Assembly: GCA_945878715.1 (NCBI GenBank)
Contig: CAMCTX010000006.1
Location: forward strand, 5,384 to 29,383
From: Legionella genomosp. 1
GTDB taxonomy: Bacteria > Pseudomonadota > Gammaproteobacteria > UBA6186 > Azoamicaceae
Reading direction: 5' to 3'
Length of the DNA: 24,000 nucleotides
The notes under the pieces were generated by a model, which saw only the letters and a list, made by a program, of their open reading frames with translations, was not told the origin of the DNA and made no database searches. The translations under genes were made by a program, and so were the position numbers. Below, one piece after another: positions 15,418 to 24,000 of this stretch. Within the stretch, counting starts at the first letter, position 1; each line of letters begins with the position of its first letter.

Positions 15418-16122
15418 ATGTTACATAGATTTTTGAGAAAAATGGCGGGTGTATTTTTAGTCGGTATTCTAGGGAGTGGCTCGATAACGGCTGAACCTCA
15501 AGCAGTAGCCTCAAGCCCAGAAGCCATTGCCTATCAGGCTCAAATATCAGAACTGTTCAAATCGAGGTTTCAGAAAGCCGAACAGATTATGGCTGTAGAA
15601 CAGAAAATCCGTCAAGCGACGGAACCGACTTTACAAGCACAGAAGGACCTTCTAAATAAAGAATTAGACGCAGCACTAGAGAAAGAAGGAGCTTTACCTA
15701 ATAAGGTAGATGAGGAAAAAGTGGCACAGCTTCTGGCTGTACAAAAGCAAATCGATAGGGCGACGGATCCAGCCTTACAGGCTCAAAGAGAACAGCTGAA
15801 AAAAGAACTAGACGCACTGGATGTGCAGGCAAAGGTGCTGCAGGCCAGTGATATAGGTCAAGCGGTAGCCAAAGAGATGTGGGCCAAGATGAGTCCCGAA
15901 GAGCAAGCTGTTTCTGATCAGATAAATGAAAAAGTGGCACAGCTTCTGGTTATACAAAAGCAAATTGAAATGGCGACTGATCCAGCGGTTATTGAACCTT
16001 TAAGGGCAAAGGCAGTGTTGCTAATAAATGAATTAAAGCCGCTTATGAACAAAATGGTACCGCTTATGAACAAAGAACTAAACTCTAGTATGGGTCAGTC
16101 CTTACAACAGACTAAACCTTAA
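15418..16122 (+). CDS. Signal-peptide coiled-coil protein, paralog 2 (three repeat units); function unknown
   Basis: 234-aa ORF with signal peptide MLHRFLRKMAGVFLVGILGSGSITA|EP. The unit (K/E)..QL(L/M)..(V/E)QKI....T(D/E)P.LQAQ(K/R)..L.KELDA recurs three times. The stop lies 10 nt before the sdhC ATG, with no terminator between them. Confidence 0.7.
   Translation: MLHRFLRKMAGVFLVGILGSGSITAEPQAVASSPEAIAYQAQISELFKSRFQKAEQIMAVEQKIRQATEPTLQAQKDLLNKELDAALEKEGALPNKVDEEKVAQLLAVQKQIDRATDPALQAQREQLKKELDALDVQAKVLQASDIGQAVAKEMWAKMSPEEQAVSDQINEKVAQLLVIQKQIEMATDPAVIEPLRAKAVLLINELKPLMNKMVPLMNKELNSSMGQSLQQTKP
15715..15987 (+). repeat. Intragenic direct repeat, 213-nt (71-codon) period
   Basis: GAAAAAGTGGCACAGCTTCTGGCTGTACAAAAGCAAATCGATAGGGCGACGGATCCAGCC (15715-15774) recurs as GAAAAAGTGGCACAGCTTCTGGTTATACAAAAGCAAATTGAAATGGCGACTGATCCAGCG (15928-15987). 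The first 22 nt are identical. Confidence 0.85.
16039..16080 (+). repeat. 21-nt (one heptad) tandem duplication
   Basis: CCGCTTATGAACAAAATGGTA followed directly by CCGCTTATGAACAAAGAACTA. The first 15 nt are identical. The encoded peptides are PLMNKMV / PLMNKEL. Confidence 0.85.
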
Positions 16123-16132
16123 GTTGGAACTT

Positions 16133-16516
16133 ATGAAAAAAAAACCCACAAGACCTATACATTTAAATTTCGTGACCATACGTTTTCCCTTAACGGCCTG
16201 GGTGTCGATTGCACATCGTTTATCGGGCCTATGGCTTTTTCTTTTGATTCCTTATGTATTATGGGCTTTAGAGCGATCGCTTTTTTCAGTTCACACCTTT
16301 AGGCGATTGAAAGCTTTTCTGGATCAGCCTCTTTGTAAAATCATTCTTTTAAGCTTTTTGGCCGCGCTTTGCTATCACACTGTTGCAGGGTTTCGGCATT
16401 TATTGATGGACAAAGGCATCGCTGTTACAAAAACAAAGAGCACAGCAAGTGCAGCCCTAACACTGATCATTGCCTTATTACTTTTCGTAGGATTAGCTTA
16501 TAGGTTCGTAGGATGA
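16133..16516 (+). CDS. sdhC: Succinate dehydrogenase cytochrome b556 subunit
   Basis: The start is reassigned to the ATG at 16133 (MKKKPTRPIHLNFVTIRFPLTAWVSIAHRLSG), which aligns with the E. coli SdhC N-terminus (..RPVNLDLQTIRFPITAIASILHRVSG). The track start at 16124 is a TTG. Confidence 0.87.
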   Translation: MKKKPTRPIHLNFVTIRFPLTAWVSIAHRLSGLWLFLLIPYVLWALERSLFSVHTFRRLKAFLDQPLCKIILLSFLAALCYHTVAGFRHLLMDKGIAVTKTKSTASAALTLIIALLLFVGLAYRFVG

Positions 16517-16860
16517 AATCAGCGACCATTTTTTCAACACCAGGGTTGCAGGATTGGATGCTGCAGCGCATCAGCGCCCTCATCTTGGGGTTATATAGCC
16601 TTTTTTTATTGGGCTATCTTTTAATGCATCATCCCCTTCATTATCATACTTGGCACGCATTGTTTTTACATGAATGGATGCGTATTTTTAGTTTGTTTGC
16701 GCTTTTGAGTTTGCTACTGCATGCGTGGATAGGCTTATGGACGATTACGACCGATTATCTGAAGGCTGGATGGTTAAGGCGTTTTGCGCAGATCAGTATT
16801 CTGGCCATGCTGGTGAATAACTTTTTATGGGGCATTGCTATTTTGTGGGGTGTGCGTTAA
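16513..16860 (+). CDS. sdhD: Succinate dehydrogenase hydrophobic membrane anchor subunit
   Basis: 115 aa with the conserved [18 protein letters not shown] block. ATGA overlap with sdhC. Confidence 0.87.
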   Translation: MKSATIFSTPGLQDWMLQRISALILGLYSLFLLGYLLMHHPLHYHTWHALFLHEWMRIFSLFALLSLLLHAWIGLWTITTDYLKAGWLRRFAQISILAMLVNNFLWGIAILWGVR

Positions 16861-18626
16861 TGGCCATACCCGAGCAAGCAGTTGGTACCTTGATTATTGG
16901 CGCAGGGGGCGCAGGATTAAGGGCTGCCTTACAGATCGCACAACAGGGAAAACCGGTTGCGGTATTGTCTAAAGTCTTTCCAACGCGATCGCATACCGTA
17001 TCAGCCCAAGGCGGTATTAATGCAGCCTTAGGGAATGTGACAGAAGATCACTGGCATTGGCATATGTTCGACACGATTAAAGGATCGGATTATTTAGGCG
17101 ATCAGCATTGCATTGAGTATATGTGTAAAGAAGGCCCACAGGCTGTGTATGAATTAGAACATATGGGTATGCCTTTTTCGCGTTTAGACAGTGGTCGTAT
17201 TTATCAACGTCCTTTTGGTGCCCAATCACAGAATTTTGGCAAAGGTGGGCAGGCTATACGTACCTCAGCGGTGGCCGATAGAACAGGTCATGCATTATTG
17301 CATACTTTGTATCAGCAAAATCTTAAGGCCAAAACGCTTTTTTTTAGCGAATGGTATGCGGTTGATCTTATCAAAGATGCAAAAGGTCATGTAGCAGGTG
17401 CTTTGGCTATATGTATTGAAACCGGTGAATTGCGTGTGCTACGTGCAGAGGCGATTGTTTTAGCCACGGGGGGCGCCGGTCGCGTCTATCAATCCACCAC
17501 CAATGCCCTTATTAATACCGGTGATGGTTTAGGCATGATCATCCGTGCGGGGTTGCCGCTGCAAGATATGGAGATGTGGCAGTTTCATCCTACCGGTTTA
17601 GCCTATGTGGGTGTTTTAATCTCTGAAGGGTGTCGGGGCGAAGGGGGGTATTTGGTGAATGCAGAGGGTGAGCGTTTTATGGAACGCTATGCACCACATG
17701 CCAAAGATTTGGCCTCAAGAGATGTGGTATCAAGGGCCATAGCCCTTGAGATTCAGGCAGGCAGGGGCTGTGGGCCCAACCGTGATTATGTGCTATTAAA
17801 AATGGAGCATTTAGGTGCCGATCTCATTCAAAAACGGCTACCCGGTATTCGATCCCTATGCAAGACTTTCGCCAGTATCGATCCGATTAAAGATCCCATT
17901 CCCGTGGTACCCACCTCACATTATATGATGGGTGGTATTCCGACCAATCAACATGGCCAAGTTTTAACCTTAGATAAGCAGGGCATTGAAACGGCCGTTC
18001 AGGGGCTCTATGCCGTGGGTGAGTGTGCCTGTGTATCCGTGCATGGTGCGAATCGTCTAGGGGGCAATTCTTTACTCGATTTGGTGGTGTTTGGACGATC
18101 GGCGGGCAATCATATTTTAGAAGCGGCTAATCAGCAACCAGCAGCAGCACAGACACAAAAAGCCTTAGATCCCAGTGTGTCGGTTGCGCGATTGGATCGT
18201 TGGAATAAGGCCAAGAAAGGAGAAAGCGTTCACAGTGTGCGTCTTGCTTTACAACAAGTGATGCAAAATCATTTTGGGGTTTTTAGAGAAGCAAAAAGCA
18301 TGCGAGCAGGCATTGAAAAGCTTAAAAGTATTCATCAACGTTTAGAAAAAGCCTGTTTAGGCGATCATAGCCAAGTCTTTAATACGGCCCGTATCGAGGC
18401 CTTAGAATTAGATAATTTAATGGTGGTGGCATTGGCAACGGCGGTGTCTGCCGAGGCCCGACAAGAAAGTCGCGGGGCCCATGCCCGAGAAGATTTCCCC
18501 CATCGTGATGATCAAGCATGGTTAAAGCACACACTTTATTTTTCAGAGCATAAACTGGGGTTTAGACCTGTGAATTTAAAACCCCTATCCATGGAAGGTT
18601 TTATACCGAAAGAGAGGTCCTACTAA
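16860..18626 (+). CDS. sdhA: Succinate dehydrogenase flavoprotein subunit
   Basis: The start is reassigned to [24 protein letters not shown] (an FAD-binding GxGxxG close to the N-terminus). This ATG overlaps the sdhD stop (TAATG at 16858-16862). Other motifs: the covalent-FAD His context [11 protein letters not shown], and [27 protein letters not shown]. Confidence 0.97.
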   Translation: MAIPEQAVGTLIIGAGGAGLRAALQIAQQGKPVAVLSKVFPTRSHTVSAQGGINAALGNVTEDHWHWHMFDTIKGSDYLGDQHCIEYMCKEGPQAVYELEHMGMPFSRLDSGRIYQRPFGAQSQNFGKGGQAIRTSAVADRTGHALLHTLYQQNLKAKTLFFSEWYAVDLIKDAKGHVAGALAICIETGELRVLRAEAIVLATGGAGRVYQSTTNALINTGDGLGMIIRAGLPLQDMEMWQFHPTGLAYVGVLISEGCRGEGGYLVNAEGERFMERYAPHAKDLASRDVVSRAIALEIQAGRGCGPNRDYVLLKMEHLGADLIQKRLPGIRSLCKTFASIDPIKDPIPVVPTSHYMMGGIPTNQHGQVLTLDKQGIETAVQGLYAVGECACVSVHGANRLGGNSLLDLVVFGRSAGNHILEAANQQPAAAQTQKALDPSVSVARLDRWNKAKKGESVHSVRLALQQVMQNHFGVFREAKSMRAGIEKLKSIHQRLEKACLGDHSQVFNTARIEALELDNLMVVALATAVSAEARQESRGAHAREDFPHRDDQAWLKHTLYFSEHKLGFRPVNLKPLSMEGFIPKERSY

Positions 18627-19318
18627 TGCAATTTTCTATCTATCGTTATAATCCGGAGGTTGATAAGAAACCTTATATGCAGGATTATACCTTGGATGTG
18701 GAACGTTATAAACCAGCGATGGTTCTAGATGCATTACGCTATTTAAAAGAACAAGATGAAACGCTCGCCTTTAGGCGATCCTGCGGGGAAGGTGTATGTG
18801 GATCAGATGGTATGAGCATCAATGGACGTAATAGTCTGGCTTGCATTACACCCTTAGCCTCTTTAAAAGGCCCCATTGTTTTAAGGCCTCTACCAGGTAT
18901 GCCGGTGATCCGCGATCTCATTGTGGATCTCACACAATTTTTTGAACAATACAATAAAACAAAACCCTATCTGCAAAACACAGAAGCACCACCCGAGAAA
19001 GAACGCTTACAATCACCTGCCGATCGTGCCAAATTGGATGGTCTTTATGAATGTATTTTATGTGGTTGCTGTTCGAGCAGTTGTCCTTCCTATTGGTGGA
19101 ATCCGGATAAATTTTTAGGCCCGGCAGCCTCTCTGCAGGCAGCACGTTTTATTGTCGATAGTCGTGACAATGCCACGCCCGAACGTTTAGAACAACTAGA
19201 AGATGCCTATAGTGTCTTTCGTTGTCGTAGTATTATGAGTTGCGTGCAGTCTTGTCCCAAAGATTTAAATCCCAATCAAGCGATTGCAGAGATTCGTGAC
19301 AAAATTATTAAAAAATGA
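18626..19318 (+). CDS. sdhB: Succinate dehydrogenase iron-sulfur subunit
   Basis: 230 aa with three Fe-S cysteine clusters (SCGEGVCGSDGMSINGRNSLAC; CILCGCCSSSCP; CRSIMSCVQSCP). TAATG overlap with sdhA. Confidence 0.97.
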   Translation: MQFSIYRYNPEVDKKPYMQDYTLDVERYKPAMVLDALRYLKEQDETLAFRRSCGEGVCGSDGMSINGRNSLACITPLASLKGPIVLRPLPGMPVIRDLIVDLTQFFEQYNKTKPYLQNTEAPPEKERLQSPADRAKLDGLYECILCGCCSSSCPSYWWNPDKFLGPAASLQAARFIVDSRDNATPERLEQLEDAYSVFRCRSIMSCVQSCPKDLNPNQAIAEIRDKIIKK

Positions 19319-19327
19319 GTATGGCGT

Positions 19328-22033
19328 ATGCCTTCGACGTACATAGAATCTTTATATAACGATTTTCTGAAAGATCCGGAATCGGTTTCGGTCAGCTTTC
19401 GTGTTTATTTTGAACAATTGGCACTAATATCCCCTGCGGCTACAGCCCCCGTGTCTTCCGATCAGATAGATAGAGGCTACAACGAAAAACAAGCCAAGGT
19501 TTTAGCGCTTATAGAGGATTATCGTGCGAAGTCGCATTTACAAGCACAGATAAACCCTTTGTTGGCGAAGGTTGCCGATACCATCAGTGCGCTTACACTC
19601 GAAAGTTATGGTTTATCCCTGCGCGATCTTCCAACACTTTTTAAGGCAGGTACTTTAGCGGGTGTCCAAACCCGTTCTTTGGAACAAATTTTGTCCGATT
19701 TAAAGCGCCTATACGGTGGTACGATGGCCTATGAATATATGCATATCAGTGATGCGACGGAACGGCATTGGGTGCAGGCCCATTTAGAATCGATGAATGG
19801 CGATTCAGTACTCAGTCCTGAAATCAAAAAAGATCTGTTACAAAACTTGGTACGGGCCGAGGGCTTAGAAAAATATATAGGATCTCAATATCCAGGCGCA
19901 AAACGCTTTTCTTTAGAAGGTAATGATAGTTTAATTGTAGCCTTAGATACTTTAATTCAAAGTTCCACGGCCATGGGCACACAAGAAATTATTATGTGCA
20001 TGTCTCATCGGGGCCGTTTGAATGTGCTGGTTAATCTTCTAGGTAAAAGACACCGTCAATTATTCGATGAATTTGAGGGAAAACATGAAGCCAGCTTAGA
20101 GGCTGGCGATGTGAAGTATCACCAGGGATTTTCTTCGAATATTATCACACCCCATGGACAGGTGCATTTATCCTTAGCCTTTAATCCTTCACACTTAGAA
20201 ATTGTAGGTCCCGTGCTGTGTGGCTCTGTAAAAGCCAGACAACAACGCCGTATCGATAGCGATTATCAACAGGTTCTGCCTATTGCTATCCATGGGGATG
20301 CCGCTATTTGTGGACAGGGTGTTGTGATGGAAACCTTTCATATGTCACAAACCCATGGTTTTAAAGTGGGGGGTACCATTCATATTATTGTGAACAACCA
20401 AATTGGTTTTACAACCTCCGACCCACAAGATGCGCGTTCGACGCGTTATTGTTCGGATATTGGTAAAATGTTTGAGCTGCCGATTATACATGTGAATGCC
20501 AACGATCCAGAGGCTGTGTATCGTGCCATGCTTTTTGCCTTGCAATACCGCTTACAATATCATAAAGATAGTATTATCGATTTAATAGGCTATAGACGAC
20601 ATGGTCATAATGAAGCGGATGAACCCTTGGTCACCCAACCCTTGCTTTATCAGCAGATCCGTAAAACACCCACAGCCCTGCGCTTTTATGCCGATCGCTT
20701 GATTGCAGAAAATCTTTTGACAGATCTTGAGCTCAGAACCTTACAAAAACAATACCAATCTTTTTTAGATGACAAGCAAAACCCTTTGTTACATCATGTT
20801 GTGGAAGATCCCAATCGCGCCTTTGCCAGCGATTGGACATCCTATACAGCCAAAGATTGGCGCACCCATACAGACACGGGGGTTCATCTGCCACGCTTAG
20901 GGCAATTGGCCCTTAAGCAGCTTGAGTTGCCAGAGGGGTTTAGTCTGCATCCTATCGTACAAAAAACTTTAGAGAATCGGCGTGCTATGGCAACAGGAAA
21001 AACACCCTGCGATTGGGGTTTTGTCGAAAATCTAGCCTATGCAAGCCTTTTGGCTGAAAAAACAATTGTACGATTATCAGGACAGGATGTTTGTCGTGGC
21101 ACTTTTTTTCATCGACATGCGGTCTTATACGATCAAAATAATGGACAATCCTATACACCCTTAGCGCATATCAGCGACGATCCAAAAGCCTTTTCGGTGG
21201 TAAACTCTTTATTATCCGAAGAAGCTGTGTTGGCTTTTGAATATGGTTTTTCAAGAACAGAGCCCAAGAGCTTGGTTATTTGGGAGGCCCAATATGGCGA
21301 TTTTGCCAATGGTGCGCAGGTGGTGATTGATCAGTTTATCAGCGCTGCCGAGCAAAAATGGGGCATTCAAAGTGGCCTAACCTTATTTTTACCCCATGGT
21401 TATGAGGGGCAGGGTGCAGAGCATTCTTCCGCACGCATCGAACGCTATCTGCAATTATGTGCCAAAAAGAATATGCAAGTGTGTATCCCTACAACACCGG
21501 CACAAATGTTTCACCTACTAAGACGTCAAGTCCTACGTCCCTTAAGAAAGCCTTTAATGATTATGACTCCTAAAAATATGTTAAGGCATAAATGGGCGGT
21601 TTCTACGCTAGAGGATTTAGCCTTTGGCTCCTTCAGACCAGTTCTAGAAGAGGTAGACACCTTATCGCAAAAAAACTTCGAAAAAATCATTTTATGCAGT
21701 GGAAAAATTTATTATGAATTGTTGGAGAAAAGACGTTTGGAAAAACGTGAAGATATTGTGATACTTCGCATAGAGCAGCTTTATCCTTTTCCTGATCAAG
21801 AGCTAAGCGCAGCGCTTTTACCTTATGCCAAAGTTTCAAGCATTGTATGGTGTCAGGAAGAACCTAAAAACCAGGGTGCTTGGCATAGCCTTGAAAGTCG
21901 CTTAAAAGCCTGTTTGCTTGCGCATCAAAAATTGTCGGTGATTGGCAGGCCTATTGCTGCAGCCCCAGCCCCGGGCTATCTTTATTTGTACCGTGATCAA
22001 CAAGCCATTTTGCTAGAAGAGGCCTTTCGTTAA
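19328..22033 (+). CDS. sucA: 2-oxoglutarate dehydrogenase E1 component
   Basis: 901-aa ORF with E1o motifs (YIESLYNDFLKDPESV, GMSHRGRLNVL-like MCMSHRGRLNVLVNL, HGDAA..GQGVV, GYRRHGHNEADEP, WEAQYGDFANGAQ). Confidence 0.97.
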   Translation: MPSTYIESLYNDFLKDPESVSVSFRVYFEQLALISPAATAPVSSDQIDRGYNEKQAKVLALIEDYRAKSHLQAQINPLLAKVADTISALTLESYGLSLRDLPTLFKAGTLAGVQTRSLEQILSDLKRLYGGTMAYEYMHISDATERHWVQAHLESMNGDSVLSPEIKKDLLQNLVRAEGLEKYIGSQYPGAKRFSLEGNDSLIVALDTLIQSSTAMGTQEIIMCMSHRGRLNVLVNLLGKRHRQLFDEFEGKHEASLEAGDVKYHQGFSSNIITPHGQVHLSLAFNPSHLEIVGPVLCGSVKARQQRRIDSDYQQVLPIAIHGDAAICGQGVVMETFHMSQTHGFKVGGTIHIIVNNQIGFTTSDPQDARSTRYCSDIGKMFELPIIHVNANDPEAVYRAMLFALQYRLQYHKDSIIDLIGYRRHGHNEADEPLVTQPLLYQQIRKTPTALRFYADRLIAENLLTDLELRTLQKQYQSFLDDKQNPLLHHVVEDPNRAFASDWTSYTAKDWRTHTDTGVHLPRLGQLALKQLELPEGFSLHPIVQKTLENRRAMATGKTPCDWGFVENLAYASLLAEKTIVRLSGQDVCRGTFFHRHAVLYDQNNGQSYTPLAHISDDPKAFSVVNSLLSEEAVLAFEYGFSRTEPKSLVIWEAQYGDFANGAQVVIDQFISAAEQKWGIQSGLTLFLPHGYEGQGAEHSSARIERYLQLCAKKNMQVCIPTTPAQMFHLLRRQVLRPLRKPLMIMTPKNMLRHKWAVSTLEDLAFGSFRPVLEEVDTLSQKNFEKIILCSGKIYYELLEKRRLEKREDIVILRIEQLYPFPDQELSAALLPYAKVSSIVWCQEEPKNQGAWHSLESRLKACLLAHQKLSVIGRPIAAAPAPGYLYLYRDQQAILLEEAFR

Positions 22034-22045
22034 AGGATATTTACT

Positions 22046-23239
22046 ATGAGCATTCAAATTAAAACGCCGGTATTACCAGAGTCTATCTCAGAGGCTAAAA
22101 TTATAACCTGGTATAAGAAGGTGGGTGAGGCAATTCAAAGAGATGAACATTTGGTCGATTTTGAAACCGATAAAATTGTATTAGAAGTGGTGGCACCCTG
22201 TGATGGCACCCTGGTTGAAATTATCAAAGAATCGGGCGCTTTGGTAAAATCTGAAGAAATCATTGGTTCTTTTGAAGAAGCCACGCTCAATAAGACCGTT
22301 GAACAGCCCAAAGCACTTGTACCTGCAAAGCCTGTTGCGGAGCCAAGTGTCCAAGAACAGGTAGAACCCTCTCCTTCACCCACGGTGAGACGTTTGGCCG
22401 CTGAAAAAAATATCGATTGGCACGATCTACAGGGTACAGGCAAAAAAGGTCGGCTTACCAAAGACGATGTCTTAAAGGCATCCATGCCCACTATCAACAC
22501 AGCACAAGATGCAGCGCCAGGCCTTATACAGCCTGCATCCCGTTCTGAAAAACGTGTTGCGATGAGTCGCTTACGCACACGTATTGCAGAACGTTTGGTG
22601 GAAGTCCAAAAAACGGCGGCCATTCTTACAACCTTTAATGAAATCAATATGCAACCCATCATGGATCTACGCACAAAATACCAGGAGATTTTTCAAAAAG
22701 ATCATGGTGTGCGCCTGGGTTTCATGTCTTTTTTTACACAGGCCGTGGTCGAAGCGCTTAAGCGATTTCCCATCCTTAATGCTTCGGTAGAAGGACAAGA
22801 CATTGTTTATCATGATTATTATGATATCAGTGTGGCGGTTGCTTCTGAACGCGGTTTGGTGGTGCCCGTTATTCGCGATGCCGATAAACTGCATATGGCC
22901 GATATCGAGAAAAAAATTGTCGAATTTTCAGAGAAGGCAAAAAATAATCAATTAAGCTTAGAAGAAATACAAGGTGGAACCTTTACACTGTCCAATGGCG
23001 GTGTTTTTGGTTCCTTAATGTCCACACCTATTTTAAATCCACCCCAAAGTGCTATTTTGGGTATGCATAAAATTATGCCAAGACCCATCGTCGAAGAGGG
23101 GGTTATTGTGATAAGACCGATGATGTATGTGGCTTTATCCTATGATCATCGTATTATTGATGGCATGGATGCGGCCAAATTTTTGGTAGCCGTTAAAGTT
23201 TCATTAGAAGAGCCAGCACGTTTATGGTTGGAAATATAA
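22046..23239 (+). CDS. sucB: Dihydrolipoyllysine-residue succinyltransferase (E2o), with a single lipoyl domain
   Basis: Lipoyl-lysine context [15 protein letters not shown], a Pro/Ala-rich linker, an E3-binding domain ([32 protein letters not shown]), and a catalytic domain ending in [10 protein letters not shown]. Confidence 0.97.
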   Translation: MSIQIKTPVLPESISEAKIITWYKKVGEAIQRDEHLVDFETDKIVLEVVAPCDGTLVEIIKESGALVKSEEIIGSFEEATLNKTVEQPKALVPAKPVAEPSVQEQVEPSPSPTVRRLAAEKNIDWHDLQGTGKKGRLTKDDVLKASMPTINTAQDAAPGLIQPASRSEKRVAMSRLRTRIAERLVEVQKTAAILTTFNEINMQPIMDLRTKYQEIFQKDHGVRLGFMSFFTQAVVEALKRFPILNASVEGQDIVYHDYYDISVAVASERGLVVPVIRDADKLHMADIEKKIVEFSEKAKNNQLSLEEIQGGTFTLSNGGVFGSLMSTPILNPPQSAILGMHKIMPRPIVEEGVIVIRPMMYVALSYDHRIIDGMDAAKFLVAVKVSLEEPARLWLEI

Positions 23240-23260
23240 AAATGCCAGGGAGAATTGCGT

Positions 23261-24000
23261 ATGCATTTACATGAGTATCAAGCTAAGAAAATATTGGCTG
23301 AATATGGTCTTCCTGTGCCAAAAGGTGTGATGGCAAATAGTGTCGATCAGGCCTTGTTAGCGCTTAATTTCTTAAATACCGAGCACTGGGTCGTGAAGGC
23401 ACAAATTCATGCCGGGGGGCGTGGAAAAGCCGGTGGCGTAAAACGGGTGGGTAGCAAAGAGCAACTGGAAGAGGTCGCCCGCCAACTCTTGCATACACGA
23501 TTGGTCACCCATCAAACCGATGCAAAAGGTCAGCTGGTGAATGAATTATTGGTGGAAGAAACCTGTGATATTCAACAAGAATTTTATTTGGCTATGCTGG
23601 TAGACCGATCGACCAAACAAGTCCTTTTTGTGGCCTCTGCTTCGGGTGGGGTTGATATTGAAGCGGTCGCCAGAGACCATCCAGAAGCCATTTTAAAGCT
23701 AGGGGTCGATCCTTTACTGGGTGTGATGCCTTATAAATGTAGAGATTTGGCGATTAAGTTAAAACTGAATAGTCTGCAAAGTCGACAGCTTACCCGTATC
23801 ATGACCGATCTGTATAAGGTTTTTATTGAGAACGATTTAAGTTTGTTGGAAATCAATCCCTTAGTGGTCACCAAACGTGGCGATATGATGTGCTTAGATG
23901 CCAAAATGAATGTGGATGATAATGCGCTATATCGTCAACCAGCCTTGCGAGCCATGCTAGATACTTCTCAGGAAGATGCACAGGCGCTCTTAGCCCGCGA
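23261..24000 (+). CDS. sucC: Succinyl-CoA synthetase beta subunit, N-terminal part (continues past the window end)
   Basis: Absent from the ORF track because the frame has no stop. My hand translation from the ATG at 23261 gives MHLHEYQAKKILAEYGLPVPKG..VVKAQIHAGGRGKAGGVK..EFYLAMLVDR..LLEINPLV, the canonical SucC ATP-grasp N-terminus. GGGAGA lies upstream. Confidence 0.93.
   Translation, partial: MHLHEYQAKKILAEYGLPVPKGVMANSVDQALLALNFLNTEHWVVKAQIHAGGRGKAGGVKRVGSKEQLEEVARQLLHTRLVTHQTDAKGQLVNELLVEETCDIQQEFYLAMLVDRSTKQVLFVASASGGVDIEAVARDHPEAILKLGVDPLLGVMPYKCRDLAIKLKLNSLQSRQLTRIMTDLYKVFIENDLSLLEINPLVVTKRGDMMCLDAKMNVDDNALYRQPALRAMLDTSQEDAQALLAR

Noticed and set aside
14947-16122. Possible membership of the coiled-coil pair in the CpxP/Spy/ZraP (LTxxQ) periplasmic family
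   Set aside because: The recurring P.LQAQ(K/R)..L.KELDAL unit is only loosely reminiscent; the spacing is LxxQ, not LTxxQ. I cannot support homology by eye, so it is left as a hypothesis for HHpred.
16827-16859. Upstream start of sdhA ([11 protein letters not shown]-)
   Set aside because: SdhA normally starts a few residues before the GxGxxG FAD motif. The ATG at 16860 overlaps the sdhD stop in the same TAATG pattern seen at sdhA/sdhB.
22135-22674. 179-aa ORF antisense to sucB
   Set aside because: It lies entirely inside the well-supported sucB frame, opposite the Pro/Ala linker and E3-binding region. Its translation is low-complexity Ser/Arg/Ala-rich with no recognisable motif and no RBS. 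This is a typical antisense shadow ORF.
1-24000. CRISPR arrays, transposase/integrase genes, toxin-antitoxin pairs, restriction-modification or other multi-gene defence loci
   Set aside because: I saw no regularly spaced direct repeats. No ORF has recombinase, methyltransferase (other than rlmB), ATPase-nuclease or small paired-ORF signatures. The only nuclease-like accessory gene is the single DUF559 ORF.

Overview
This window reads as a chromosomal segment of a compact gammaproteobacterial genome. The backbone is conserved housekeeping: hflK (5'-truncated by the window edge)-hflC, tRNA-Leu(CAG), rnr-rlmB, glyA-nrdR-nusB, hemH, gltA, and the TCA supercluster sdhCDAB-sucAB-sucC (3'-truncated; it is missing from the ORF track because no stop lies in the window). 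Many neighbouring genes share start/stop nucleotides (ATGA or TAATG). An ankyrin-repeat protein, a UhpC/GlpT-type sugar-phosphate antiporter and this tight packing suggest a host-associated, Legionellales-like organism; that is inference only. I cannot support any multi-gene defence, CRISPR, toxin-antitoxin or secretion-machinery locus here. Four things deserve a second look. (1) A DUF559 nuclease-fold ORF is bracketed by 67-bp perfect (77-bp near-perfect) inverted repeats, each made of two hairpins, in the gap between the convergent antiporter gene and gltA; this resembles the RAYT/REPIN layout but with a different enzyme fold. (2) Two paralogous signal-peptide coiled-coil genes with internal DNA repeats sit between gltA and sdhC, where relatives have only a divergent promoter region. 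(3) An ankyrin-repeat, effector-like gene lies between rlmB and glyA. (4) hemH carries an internal four-cysteine insertion. All product calls come from reading the translations by eye; no database search was run.
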